Shown piece after piece: positions 11,301 through 21,662 of a stretch of 64,000 nt of DNA. Below the pieces are notes generated by a model that ran no database searches, was not told the DNA's origin, and saw only the letters and a list, made by a program, of their open reading frames with translations. Each line of letters starts with the position of its first letter. Within the stretch, counting starts at the first letter, position 1. Origin of the DNA: an uncultured Planctomycetota bacterium. GTDB taxonomy: Bacteria; Planctomycetota; Planctomycetia; Gemmatales; Gemmataceae. Location: contig CAWKHF010000004.1 in NCBI GenBank assembly GCA_963849325.1, positions 448,001-512,000 of the forward strand, given 5' to 3'. Made by a program: the position numbers and the translations under genes.

Positions 11301-13415
11301 TGGTGTCGTAGATGGTGGGCGACTTCATGTTGAGGGCCAGTTCCAGCAGCCAGGTGCCGTTAGCCCTGGACGTGCCATACTCCGACGTGGCGGCCACGGA
11401 CGCCTTGGCGGCGTAGCCGGCGTCGAGGCTCCACACGGCGTCTTTTTTCAGGTGGGCGACCGGGACCGAGGACGGATCGACGTGGAACAGGTCGGCCGCG
11501 AATGCCTGGATGTCAGCTGGCCGGTATCCAGGGCGCGCCGAGGTTGGCGTCGATGTCGCCGGGCAGCACGTCCTCCGGCTGCACTTGCCGCAAGGCGTTG
11601 ACGTTGCGGAGGTATTGCGGCCCGGCCCGCTCGGCGGCGGCGAGTTTCGCCCGCACGTTGCCGGAGAGATAGGCGTCGGCCGTGTGCCAGGTTTTCGATT
11701 CCGGGTCGGGGAAGATCAGGTCGCCCAGCTCGGCGATGACCTGCTCCTCGGGCTTGCCGTAGAGGGACGCGATGATACGGCAGGTCCACCATGCCGCGCT
11801 GGTTGAGGGAGACGAGCAAGCCCTTCCTCGGCGGTCTGACGTGCGTGACGGGCGGCTTCTTGCCCACAACGTCCCGTATCATGATGGCGGCTTTGGCCGC
11901 CTTGCCCGTCACTTCGTCGTAGTCCTCCAGGGACATGACCAGCATGGCGTCCGGGTCTTCCCTGAATTTCACGAGGTTCGGCATCCGGCGGATGACCGTG
12001 CCGTCGGCGGTCTCGCCGAAGGTTGTCTTGTTGATCGGGCCGTAGGTGGCCGACGAAGCGGTCATAGGCCCAATTGAGCTCGCCGGCGGGCGTCGTCGCG
12101 GTGCGCTTCGGGCCAGCCCTCGTTCTGGGATTGCAGGACGCGGCGGGCGCGGTCGCGCAGGCCGATCAGGGCAGCCAGCCGCCTGCCGGTCATGGTGCCA
12201 TCGGCTTTCAGGGTGGTGCCGCCGTAGACCACAGGCACTCCCTGCCCGCCTTCCGATTGGTAAATGACGCGGTCGTCGCCGACGAAGAAACTGCCTTCGC
12301 TGATGTGCCGCTCGGGCGGCGGCGGAATGAAGGCCGGGGCCGGTTGCTCCTCGGCCTGCGACGGCTGGATCGGGTGCGAATTCGGGCAGGCGATCGATGG
12401 CTTCCTTGAGCTGGCTCGGCCAGCTCGCCATTGCCGTTGACGCTGTAGCCCTCGCCGTAGAGCGTGTCCTTGCGGCTCCAGGTGCCGAGGACCATTTCCG
12501 GATGGTTCAGGAAGTAGCGGTTGACCGGAACTTCTGCGCCATCGATGTCCAGCGGGGCGATGCCCAGCCATTCGGGATCGACATGGTGGGCGGGTTCGCC
12601 CCGGTGCACGCTTGCGAAGAAACACGATGTCGGTCACGACGGCGGTGCCTTCCCGCTTGAACGCATCGGATGGCAGGCGGATGCGCCGACGAAGTCGGCC
12701 TTGGAGGCGAGGTATTCGCGGATCGCGGCATTCTGCTTATCGAGGGTGAAATGCGATGTGACCAGGGCCAGGACGCCGCCGGGCTTCAGGGCGTCAACGG
12801 ATTTGGCGAAGAAGTAATCGTGCAGGGAGAGCTTCTGGCCGCGGTAGTCGAGCTTCAAGTCGGCGAAGGGCACGTTGCCGATCACGGCGTCGATGCGGCC
12901 CTCGGGCAGCTTGGTGTCGCGGAAGTTCTCGATGCGGATGTCCTGGTCGGGGTGCAGCGCCTTGGCGATGCGGCCGGAGATGGAGTCCAGTTCGACGCCG
13001 ATGAAGCGCGTCCCTTCCCTGCCCGGCTCATGAAGTTGCCGATGCCGCAGCCTGGCTCCAGTATCGTGGCGCCTGCCGGCACGCCGAAGCGGCCGATAGC
13101 CTCATGAATGGCGGAGATGACGGTCGGCGAAGTGTAGAAGGCGTTGAAGGTCGTGCGCTTGGCGCTGTCGTATTCCTCGGGGGTCAGCAGGGTCTTCAGT
13201 TCTTCGCCCAGGGCCTGCCAGCCGGCGTCCTTGTACTTGCCGTTGACAGGATCGGGAAAGATCGACAGGGCCACGGGCCCGAAGCCGGCGAAGCGGGCAA
13301 GGGTCTGCTTCTCCTCGGCCGTGGCCGCTCGCTGCTCCTCCTCGACGGTTTTCAGCGTGCGGATGGCGGCGAGAATGTCGCGGGCCTTGGCCTTTTCGCC
13401 GCTGGCAATGGTCAC
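8350..13415 (-). pseudogene. DarB-like N6-adenine methyltransferase / SNF2 helicase fusion, about ten or more frameshifts; ends approximate
   Basis: ILEPGCGIGNF, IGNVPF, LLAHVVGAGKT, IDEAH, GTGTNVQKRL and YVTEGSFD occur in order across successive frames. Confidence 0.85.
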
Positions 13416-13573
13416 GAGGGGAGAAGGATGCTCCGCTGGGGAGGCGTGCGTGTCCGAACCATTGCGCGCTTCCGCCGGAGGTGGCGTCTCCTGCGATACA
13501 GCTGGCTCCGGCTCGGCGGGGGTGGGGCTGGAAGGAAGGGAGTCAAACAGGGTCGGCTGGCGCCGTGCTGCTC

Positions 13574-13891
13574 TTACCCGCGCGGCGTGCGACGGCAGAG
13601 AAACAGCATCGCCGCGTCGAGAACGAGCGGCTCGCTCTCGTTCGGCGGCGACGCGGAGGGCAAACGATTTTCCAACTGCTTGAGGGCTATCTCCAGCGCT
13701 TCCGAAGCGATCTGGCTCGGGTCGCTGTCCGGCCTCAGTTGGGACAGCAGGTCCTTCCAGGCTTCGTGGTTCCGCTTCAACTCCCTGGCATAGAGTTCCA
13801 TTGCCGGCAGAAGCTGGCGGTCCTTCCGCAGCTGCTCGTGCATCTGCGGCCGTTGTTGCAGAAGTTCGAGAATGATCGTCTTGTACTGCAT
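13574..13891 (-). CDS. Hypothetical protein upstream of the methylase-helicase
   Basis: GGAGG RBS, MQYKTIILELLQQRP..., co-oriented with neighbours. Confidence 0.7.
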   Translation of the reverse strand: MQYKTIILELLQQRPQMHEQLRKDRQLLPAMELYARELKRNHEAWKDLLSQLRPDSDPSQIASEALEIALKQLENRLPSASPPNESEPLVLDAAMLFLCRRTPRG

Positions 13892-14074
13892 GGGCACCTC
13901 CATCGGGTTCTTGGGGTATGGTATCTTGTCGGTCAGCGGGTTGGGCTGGCTCGGCTGGGAATAAGGAAGGTTGCCGGAAGTCCGGCGGTTTGCCGCGCCA
14001 TCGTCAGGAGCCTTCCATAGAACCTGGCTCCCGATCCCCGGCCCGACTGCCCGGCGCTGTCTGTGCCGGCCGCG

Positions 14075-14284
14075 TCATCGTGACCAGCCCTGCCCGCGGC
14101 CGTGGCCGTGCGAGCCGAAGGCGTCTTTCCAAGCCTGGCTCACCGCCACGCCGGCCATGACGATCAGGGAACCGAGGGCCACATACTGAAGAATCAGGGC
14201 CATACGGTCGTTGCCGCAGTTTTTGGACAGGGTCTGGGCCTGCGGGCCAAGCTCGTGCAGGGAATAGGTTGGCGGCACGGTCAT
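14075..14284 (-). CDS. Small membrane protein
   Basis: One hydrophobic segment ALILQYVALGSLIVMAGVAV; basic tail. Confidence 0.55.
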   Translation of the reverse strand: MTVPPTYSLHELGPQAQTLSKNCGNDRMALILQYVALGSLIVMAGVAVSQAWKDAFGSHGHGRGQGWSR

Positions 14285-14299
14285 GGAGCAGCGGCCGCC

Positions 14300-14764
14300 T
14301 TAGAAGGGAACTTCCTGGCTGGTGTCGATGCCCTTCTGCTGACGGACCATCTGACGGACCTCCTGATAGAGTCGCTCCGCCTCGATGCGCGTGGTCATGG
14401 CCGAATCGGGCCGGACGGGATGCGTCCAGATTCGGTCCAGCGGGTTCCAGCGGTAGCCAGCCTCTTTGAGCGTGTCGATGACCTCTTGGTTGGGCTTGTC
14501 CTGCAGGCGGCCTTCGCCGAACTTGAGGGCCATCTGGCGGTCCTGCTTGCTCTCGAAGAGGCGGACGCCCGCCAGGGTATCGATGGCGATCAGGTACGGA
14601 TCGGCTGCGGTAACTCGCTTCCTTTGGCCAACACGCTCGGCGAAGCTGGGCTGGTTGTCATTGGCTGCTGGGGCATTGTCCTTGGCAGCGGCCGGCGGTT
14701 GTTCGACCGCCGTGTTAGCTTCGGCTTGCGGTTCTTGATCGGGTGTGCGTTTACGATGGGACAT
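14300..14764 (-). CDS. Hypothetical protein with SSB-like C-terminal tip (QEVPF)
   Basis: AAGGAGG RBS; 154 aa; GYRWNP..WT aromatic motif. Confidence 0.7.
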   Translation of the reverse strand: MSHRKRTPDQEPQAEANTAVEQPPAAAKDNAPAANDNQPSFAERVGQRKRVTAADPYLIAIDTLAGVRLFESKQDRQMALKFGEGRLQDKPNQEVIDTLKEAGYRWNPLDRIWTHPVRPDSAMTTRIEAERLYQEVRQMVRQQKGIDTSQEVPF

Positions 14765-15469
14765 GGGTTAATCCTCCTTGATGTGAATAAGGGTTAATTC
14801 CTTAACCCTCGTTAACGATTGTAGCACAGTTGCAGACGCTCGCGCAAGAGGCTGGCTGCGGGTCTCCGCATGTGGGCTGGCAAAAAAGCGAGGATTTCTG
14901 CGGTTTCCTGCCCGTTAATGCCTCGGTCAGCCGCCGTTTTGCTTGATTCTTGCTGACCGCCCTTTGTGCGGAAATCGAGGCTTTCCGTCGGCCGCCGCCG
15001 CCCATCGCCCCAACTTTTTCGGCCCGGATCCAGGGCGCGGTCAGGGATGCCGCGTCCTGGGGGGACGGAAAAGTTGAAAGGCGGCCCTTCGTGGCAAGCA
15101 ATGGGGTGCGATGTTCGGGCCTTGGTGTGGCGATCTTGCATACGGAGGCGCAGGGATGCCAGAAACGCCCTGCCCGGTGGGTTGGATAGCCTGAAGCCGC
15201 TTCACGTTTCCTGTCCCCATTTGCCTGCGAATTTGGGCCGGGTGACTGCAAGGGGTACTATCTTCCCCTGAATGCCACGTGCTTGTGCCGGTTCCCGTGT
15301 CTTACCCTCTGGTGGACGACAGGGAAGCCGTGAAGGGCATTGCTGAATGCTTGTTTCTCAAGCGCTTCCGAAGGTTGCCGGCCTCGCGCGCGATGATCTT
15401 CAAGAGCACAGAAGTGCGCCGCCTCCGCCTGCGTGCTGGGATCGCGCTGCGGCGGCGCGTGAGCGTTGC

Positions 15470-15640
15470 TGGGTATTGATATATAAGAAGGGAGAACCCC
15501 TCAACCGTTTGAGATTCCTCGAACCGAAACGACAGGTTCTGTCGGCACACCGTCAGGATCAGTCGGGCGACCGACAAAAACCGCTTGCGCTTTTGTCGGT
15601 ACTCTGCCAAGGTCGTGACAGTCAACCGACAACTTGAGAG
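15470..15640. promoter_or_regulatory. Candidate replication origin or operator upstream of the RepL-like gene
   Basis: AT-rich TATTGATATATAAG; 10-bp inverted repeat ACCGACAAAA/TTTTGTCGGT (15570-15600); further CGACA/TGTCG boxes. Confidence 0.4.
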
Positions 15641-15647
15641 GGCCAAA

Positions 15648-16265
15648 ATGGCGGAAGATCGACAGAACCCGGCGTCTCCGGCGAGTAACCTGATTACCAC
15701 CAAGCGGGGCTTCCCCGTTTACCGCACGAACCCCAGCGTTCCCAGCACGTCGGGGCTGCCCACCCGCACCCGGCGGATTAACGTCCCCGGCGGCAAAGGT
15801 GCGGTCATCGTGGACAACAGCACCGGCGAGCTGAAGGGACTCGGTGGGATGGGATTCTGGTGGGAAGAAGAAGTCGATACCACCCGGTTCGTCAAGCTGT
15901 TCCTCGACGGTATCAAGCAAGCAGCGGGCCTGTCCAAGACCGGCATTCAGGTCTTTGAGCTGGTCTACAAGGAAATGCGGCTCAACCCCGGCTCGGATGA
16001 GATCAAACTCAACCAGTACGTGGCCCGCGACTATGGCATCAGCGACCGCACCTACCAACGCGGCGTGCGGGAGTTGCTCGAAAAGGAGTTTCTCTTTCGC
16101 AGCCCGAGTGACGGCGTTTTCTTCGTCAACATCCGCTTCATGTTCAACGGCGACCGTCTGGCCTTCGTGAAGTCCTACCATCTCAAGGACGGCGCCCCCC
16201 GGCAGCAGGAGCTTCCGCTTCTCGACGCACCGGCTCTTACCGAGAAGTCGGGTACACATTCGTGA
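15648..16265 (+). CDS. RepL-like replication/maintenance protein (wHTH)
   Basis: FVKLF...ISDRTYQRGVRELLEKEFL...FFVNIRFMFNGDR motif. Confidence 0.75.
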   Translation: MAEDRQNPASPASNLITTKRGFPVYRTNPSVPSTSGLPTRTRRINVPGGKGAVIVDNSTGELKGLGGMGFWWEEEVDTTRFVKLFLDGIKQAAGLSKTGIQVFELVYKEMRLNPGSDEIKLNQYVARDYGISDRTYQRGVRELLEKEFLFRSPSDGVFFVNIRFMFNGDRLAFVKSYHLKDGAPRQQELPLLDAPALTEKSGTHS

Positions 16266-16306
16266 GGACGGTGACGGCGTAGCCCCGCCGTCGTATTTGC
16301 GGAAAG

Positions 16307-16579
16307 TTACAGAATCGTGTTTCCGGATCCCTTGCTGACGGGATCGCCAGCGGTAGCCGTGCCCTGCTGATCCTTGGGCGGAAAGCGTTTCTCCAGAAGT
16401 CCTCGTACCACCTCGGCCATGTTCGCCCCTTCCAGAGCACACTGGCTCTTGACCCGCTGATGCAGGGACAGGGGAATGTCGATGGTCAACCGCTTCGTCG
16501 GCTCCCCCGATACCCATTCATCCGGCGAAGTCGCTGTGCGGCTGATGGTCGGCTTGCCGCCGAACGTCACCTTCTTCAT
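16307..16579 (-). CDS. parG: ParG-like ribbon-helix-helix partition protein
   Basis: KRLTIDIPLSLHQRVKSQCA..NMAEVVRGLL; overlaps the parA stop (ATGA). Confidence 0.8.
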   Translation of the reverse strand: MKKVTFGGKPTISRTATSPDEWVSGEPTKRLTIDIPLSLHQRVKSQCALEGANMAEVVRGLLEKRFPPKDQQGTATAGDPVSKGSGNTIL

Positions 16580-17205
16580 ACGGCCAACTCCATGATCTCA
16601 TCGACCAGTCCCATGAGTTCCTTGCCAGCCGGGTGGTCCGGGGCCGTCTCGAAGACGGTCTGCCCCTGGGCCGCAGACTCCGCCAGGGCAATACGCTGGC
16701 AAATGGCACTCTTCAGGACGGGGATCGGGTAATCGGCCAGGGCGTCCACGACATCCCGGCCCATCGCCGTATTCACGATTTTGCGATTGATCGCAAATGC
16801 GGATTTCAGGTTCGGCTTGAAGACCGTGGCTTCGTGAATCAGGTCGATGATCTCCTTGGCAGCCCATACGTCGTAAGGCGACGGCTGCACGGGCACCAGC
16901 ACCAGGTCGCTGGCCATGATGGCGGAGCGGGCCACGTCATAGACGCGCGGTGGGCCATCAATAATGACTGCATCAAAGCCTTGGGCAAGGCTGGGAAGCT
17001 CCTTGTGGATGGATGCTTTGGGCAGGCCGGCGACCGGGAACAGCGGTTCGCCCCGCCGGGCGGCTGCCCAATCCAGGGCTGATCCCTGGGGGTCGGCATC
17101 GACGAGCAGAACGCGGCGCCCGCGGCGCGACAGGGCGTCGGCGACGTGAATGGCGAGCGTGGTCTTGCCGACCCCGCCCTTTTGGTTGAGGAAACTGACG
17201 ATCAT
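16576..17205 (-). CDS. parA: Short (type Ib) ParA/ParF partition ATPase
   Basis: NQKGGVGKTT deviant Walker A, VDADPQGS, IIDGPP. Confidence 0.93.
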   Translation of the reverse strand: MIVSFLNQKGGVGKTTLAIHVADALSRRGRRVLLVDADPQGSALDWAAARRGEPLFPVAGLPKASIHKELPSLAQGFDAVIIDGPPRVYDVARSAIMASDLVLVPVQPSPYDVWAAKEIIDLIHEATVFKPNLKSAFAINRKIVNTAMGRDVVDALADYPIPVLKSAICQRIALAESAAQGQTVFETAPDHPAGKELMGLVDEIMELAV

Positions 17206-17221
17206 GAACACCTTCCAGAAA

Positions 17222-17322
17222 TGCGGTTATGCGGAATTGTGCTTCTCCGTGTAGCACCATTTGCGGGAATGGTCAAACACGGATTTGCGGCGATGTGGGG
17301 AATCGTAACTGCGGAAGTGCGG
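17222..17322. repeat. 8-bp-phased TGCGG array upstream of parA (candidate centromere/operator)
   Basis: TGCGG at 17222, 17230, 17262, 17286, 17310 and 17318; variants at 17238, 17278 and 17294; all in one mod-8 phase. Confidence 0.65.
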
Positions 17323-17816
17323 AAAGGAGATCTTGTGCCGGCGCTGACTCACGCCCCCTGACGGGTGCCGGCGTGCTGACCGGCCAGGCGTCTGACCTGA
17401 CCGCTGGAACGGTTCCATTCTGCCTATGCCGTGCATAGGGAAGACGCCTGATGCGCCGTGAAGAAAGGTGATGACCCTCAGCAGGTGCAATTCCTGCCCG
17501 GCCAACTCGGTCGCTCCAGCCGGTAGCTAACGGAGCGGCGGTGGAGGTAACGATACCGTCGAAGCCTTCGTGACAACGCCTCGTCTTTGCGAGGCGGCGA
17601 GTCCGTGGGTCGTAACACACGTAAACGCCGAGCAAGCCCCGAAAGTCCCTAACGTGGGACCGGCCCTGCCCCGGTCATCCCGTCGAAGCGCCGCTTGGCC
17701 AGAGCGGCACATCCGGCTTCATCCAGTGTGATGCCGAAATACTGGTAGACGAGGACGCCGCGCTGTGGCAAACGGTGAACTACACTCATTGAGCAGGAAG
17801 CAACTAGGCTCGTTTT

Positions 17817-18479
17817 ATGGAGGATAAAGTGCCAGATGAGACCTTGCACACGAAGCTGGTTGAAGCGGCCCGCCGCGGTAGGCTTGGCGATGCCAAGGCC
17901 GCCATCGAGGCGGGGGCCGATGTCAACGCCCGCGACCCGTATTTGCCCTTTTACACTCCCCTGCACGTAGCCGCCGGATTCAGGCCCCATCGACAAATCC
18001 CCTCGCAAGGTTACACGGACATTGCCCGCCTTCTGATCGAGCACGGCGCCGATGTCAACGCTCGGACCGACGGGGAGTCTACCCCGCTACATCTGGCCGT
18101 CGCGAACGGCCACCTCGACATCGCGCGTCTGCTGATCGAGAAGGGAGCCGATGTCAACGACGGCGGGCTGCTGCACTCCGCCGCCGCGAACGGCCACCTC
18201 GACGTTGCGCGTCTCTTGGTCGAGAAGGGGGCGGACGTGAATGCCCGGAACGAGGGTGGAAGGACCGCCCTCCACTCCGCCATCGCCGGTGGCCATCTCG
18301 ACATCGCCCGGTTGTTGATCGAGCATGGGGCGGATGCCGAGGCCCGTGACGGCCAGGGACGCACGCCGGAGCAGTGGGCGATCGCGGCGAAGCAAGATCG
18401 GGTTGTGCAGGCGATGGATCGCGCCGCAAAACCCGGGCGGGCTGGCCGCGCCAGGCCAAGCCCGGATATCGGTCGGTAA
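17817..18479 (+). CDS. Ankyrin repeat protein
   Basis: Repeated TPLHLAVANGHLDIARLLIEKGADVN-type units. Confidence 0.95.
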   Translation: MEDKVPDETLHTKLVEAARRGRLGDAKAAIEAGADVNARDPYLPFYTPLHVAAGFRPHRQIPSQGYTDIARLLIEHGADVNARTDGESTPLHLAVANGHLDIARLLIEKGADVNDGGLLHSAAANGHLDVARLLVEKGADVNARNEGGRTALHSAIAGGHLDIARLLIEHGADAEARDGQGRTPEQWAIAAKQDRVVQAMDRAAKPGRAGRARPSPDIGR

Positions 18480-18788
18480 GCGAAAGTCGGAGGCCCTCCC
18501 GGCTGATGTTGCGCGGCTGGGATAACCGTCCTGGCAATGAGCAGCATACCCGCTCGGCGGTCTCGCGGTCCTCGAACTCGCCGACCAGCAGGAGGCTGGG
18601 CAGCTCATAGGGGTATGCAGCAGGGCGGATGGGGCAGGACCATACGAGGAAACAACGGCGACCGCAAGCCGGTCGGGGTCAACCGGCGGGAGAGCGAAGG
18701 GCAAGACCTGGGAGCAGATTCAGAGGCCCAGACGCGAGCGTGGCGAGCTTTGACGGATGACCTAGCCGCTTTGTACGGGCCCTGGTGA

Positions 18789-19331
18789 TTATTTGTCCTT
18801 CTTGCCCGTTTGATCTTGCGTCTGAGCCGGGCGGGCATGGTGTTCCCCGGAGATAATACTTGCGAGCGTGGCAATCTTATCCCTGCCGCGGTTATAAGCA
18901 TCCGTACCTCTTTCGGGGCGCGTCCGCTGGCCATAAATTTCCATATTGATGCGTTCCTGCGCCTCAGTGTCGAGTCTTGCGTAGCTGGCAAATGCTCGTG
19001 CGGTTACAAAAGCGCGGCGGTATTCTGCCCCGGTGATTTCAGTGACGTTGTCGGTAAAGCGGCGGTTTTCCGAATCGTAGGTGGCAATTCGCACCGTATC
19101 CCTTGCGCCATAGCGCCGGAACTGGCGATATTCATCGCTATCCTTGGTCCAGATGTGCGCGGCCATTAGGTCGATAACATAATCCTTGGTTTCGGATTCG
19201 GTCCGGTCGATTTGGGCCTCGGTGAGACCTTGGTCTGCGGCTACAGCCAAAGGAAGCAAACCGGGCACCAGAAGGGCCGGACCCAGGAGAAGAAGCGGCA
19301 ACGCCAGGACGGTCCGTCGGGGGTTTCCCAT
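18789..19331 (-). CDS. Putative secreted protein (alternative upstream start at 19538)
   Basis: GAGGT RBS; MGNPRRTVLALPLLLLGPALLV...AVAA signal-like N-terminus. Confidence 0.55.
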   Translation of the reverse strand: MGNPRRTVLALPLLLLGPALLVPGLLPLAVAADQGLTEAQIDRTESETKDYVIDLMAAHIWTKDSDEYRQFRRYGARDTVRIATYDSENRRFTDNVTEITGAEYRRAFVTARAFASYARLDTEAQERINMEIYGQRTRPERGTDAYNRGRDKIATLASIISGEHHARPAQTQDQTGKKDK

Positions 19332-19534
19332 CGCAGGCACCTCGAAATTCAGGGGCCGGGTCAACGCAATCTCCGAATGCCAGAACGATTGTACCGCCTC
19401 TGGCTGGCCGGAATCAACCGTTGGCTGGCGGGTGGCAGGGGTCACCGGGCCCGGTTTCCGAGACCGTTCCCTGCCCTTGACGCCTCTGGTAGCTTGCTGG
19501 CGAGTATTCCCGGTGGCTCGGGGTTTGCGGGGAC

Positions 19535-20608
19535 TCATCGCTCCAGGGTGCCCTTGACGATGCCCTCGCGGACGAGGGCGCGGAGCAGGACGTTGCGAGC
19601 ATGCCGCCCAGCATCTCCACCCTCCTGCGGTGATGATGCCTTGGGTACGGGTGCGTTCTGATCGGCGTGCCCAAGCGCGTTGGCCAGTTGCGCCTCTACC
19701 TTGTGGCGAGGGTACTGTAGAAAGGCCGGGCCGGAGGGACCTTCGCCAGTGACATGAGCTGAGATGTCGCGGAGGGTGAAGTTGTCGTCGGCCAAGGTCA
19801 TGATGACCGGGTTTCTCAGCAGGAAATCGATAACACCGGCATGGAGGGGATTGCCGTTTGTCGCTGTGGGCTCGCGTCGGCTGCCCCGCTTGGGCGGGAC
19901 GAAGATGCGTCGATCTGCCAGGTCCATCACAGCGTCGATGTGGCCGATAACTGTTGCCGGGGAGAGAACAAACAGCGTGGGCATGCGCAGCGCGGCATTC
20001 AGGTATTGCGACGGGGTCATACCCTCACCCCGGAAGCGCTCGACGACCGCGCGGATGTTGTGTTCGACTGTCTCGGGCGACGACGTGAACAGCGAGGGGT
20101 GCATCAGGGCAACTCGCAAGTAAGCGCGGTCTGTCAGGCCCTCCTCGGCGAACCGCTGCACCAGGTCCGTGATGTTCCCCGTCAAGGTCCAGGGCGTCTG
20201 GATGAACAGCGAGGGTTTCTTGATGGCCGCCTTGAGATAGGCAGCGGTTGTCAGCCCATCGGCGGCGAAGAGATCAACGACGCCCTGAATGTTCCTGGCA
20301 ATGGCCTCGGGGCTGGTGGCCAGGATATCGGGCCGCCGGACTATCGCGGTCAGGTAAGCTTGGGCCGTCAGGCCATCCTGCTCGAATCGTTGCACAACTC
20401 CTTGAACTCGTTCGGCCAAAGGGAAGGGAGACAGGTTCTGATGCGAGTTCGTGGACGCAAGTTTGCCGCCACAAAAATCAATGAAGTCGGGCTGGTTCAG
20501 GAGGCGCTGAGCGAACGTGTTCTTCTGGGCATCGGTCAGTGCCAGTTCGTTGAGTTCCTGCCGTATCCAGGCCAGGATGGCATTGGAATGTTCGTCTCCT
20601 TCACCCAT
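19535..20608 (-). CDS. Helical 39-aa repeat protein, mTERF-like pattern
   Basis: Four units of GLTxxAYLxAxxxxPxLFxxSPExxxxNIxxVVxRF. Confidence 0.75.
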   Translation of the reverse strand: MGEGDEHSNAILAWIRQELNELALTDAQKNTFAQRLLNQPDFIDFCGGKLASTNSHQNLSPFPLAERVQGVVQRFEQDGLTAQAYLTAIVRRPDILATSPEAIARNIQGVVDLFAADGLTTAAYLKAAIKKPSLFIQTPWTLTGNITDLVQRFAEEGLTDRAYLRVALMHPSLFTSSPETVEHNIRAVVERFRGEGMTPSQYLNAALRMPTLFVLSPATVIGHIDAVMDLADRRIFVPPKRGSRREPTATNGNPLHAGVIDFLLRNPVIMTLADDNFTLRDISAHVTGEGPSGPAFLQYPRHKVEAQLANALGHADQNAPVPKASSPQEGGDAGRHARNVLLRALVREGIVKGTLER

Positions 20609-20679
20609 TCGTGCTGGTCTGTTGCTGGTTTACGTTTGTTAACCGTAGCGCAGTTTCGGCCTCCATGCAAGGTGCTTTG

Positions 20680-21125
20680 CTATGCGATCGGAGCGCCGGT
20701 GGGATTTCTCCGAGCAATACTCGGGGGTTGAGCGTGTAGCGAGTGGCTTTTGCACCAGCGGGCCGGAGGGGGCGATAGCCGTCGCGACAGCGACCGAGCG
20801 GATGCAGAGTCCAGAGGCACGCGGTCGCCAGGACGGCGAGGTGCCCGTTGGAGCGCGTGGTCGAGCGCGTCGAGAATCGTGGCGGTGTCGCCTCGCAGCA
20901 CTGCCCTATCGCCCTGCACAATGCCGAGGTCTTTCAGCATCCGGCTGAAGCGTTCTTCGCGCAGGGCGTTGCCCGCGCAGGCACTTCCAACTCCCGAACG
21001 TGCGTGATCCGCCTGCTGTCCTCTTCGAGCTTGGACGTGGCCACGAAATCGCAGGGCTTCAGGCCGTGACGCTCGGCGAGTGCATTGACACGCGTCAACA
21101 CAGCGACATCCTGGTTGTCGATCAT
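20680..21125 (-). pseudogene. Hypothetical protein, frameshifted near 21000
   Basis: MIDNQDVAVLTRVNALAERHG start overlaps the receiver gene stop; continues in another frame as MLKDLGIVQGDR. Confidence 0.4.
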
Positions 21126-21565
21126 GAGTTTCCTCCGTGATGGTTGGGGAACGGTCTGCCGGCGCCTGCCGGTCCCGGACTGTCCCGGGTAGACAGGAGC
21201 AATAACCGACTCACCCAAGAGGCCATGTCATGGGCCGTGAACGGCTTGGGAAGGAACAGCGTGGCCCCGGCCGCTTGCGCTTCCTTGGCGCTGGAATGCT
21301 CCTCGTGGCCCGAGATGGCAATGATCGGGGTGGTGGCATAAGCAGGTAAACGACGCACCTGCTTGATGAGTTCCGTCCCGGACATTCCGGGCATGACCAG
21401 GTCCACAATGAGAAGGGCCAAGGCGTGTTCCTGCGCCTGCGTGAAGGCCCGGCTGCCGTTGGCAGCGCCCGCTACGTAGACCGGCAGGTCACGAAGGGCG
21501 AAGCGGATCAAGCTGATGATGAGCGCGTTGTCGTCAACCACCAGGACGGAGGCGTTCTCCTTCAT
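21122..21565 (-). CDS. Single-domain response regulator (CheY-like receiver)
   Basis: VLVVDD, LIVDLVMPGMSG, PIIAISG, FLPKPF. Confidence 0.92.
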   Translation of the reverse strand: MKENASVLVVDDNALIISLIRFALRDLPVYVAGAANGSRAFTQAQEHALALLIVDLVMPGMSGTELIKQVRRLPAYATTPIIAISGHEEHSSAKEAQAAGATLFLPKPFTAHDMASWVSRLLLLSTRDSPGPAGAGRPFPNHHGGNS

Positions 21566-21662
21566 GAAGCACGGTTCCCTTTCGCATAAAGCCGATGTCC
21601 CAGACTGCCATAGAATCGTTAAGCAATCGTTTCCTTTTGCAAAGGAATGGCCTCGACGCTCC

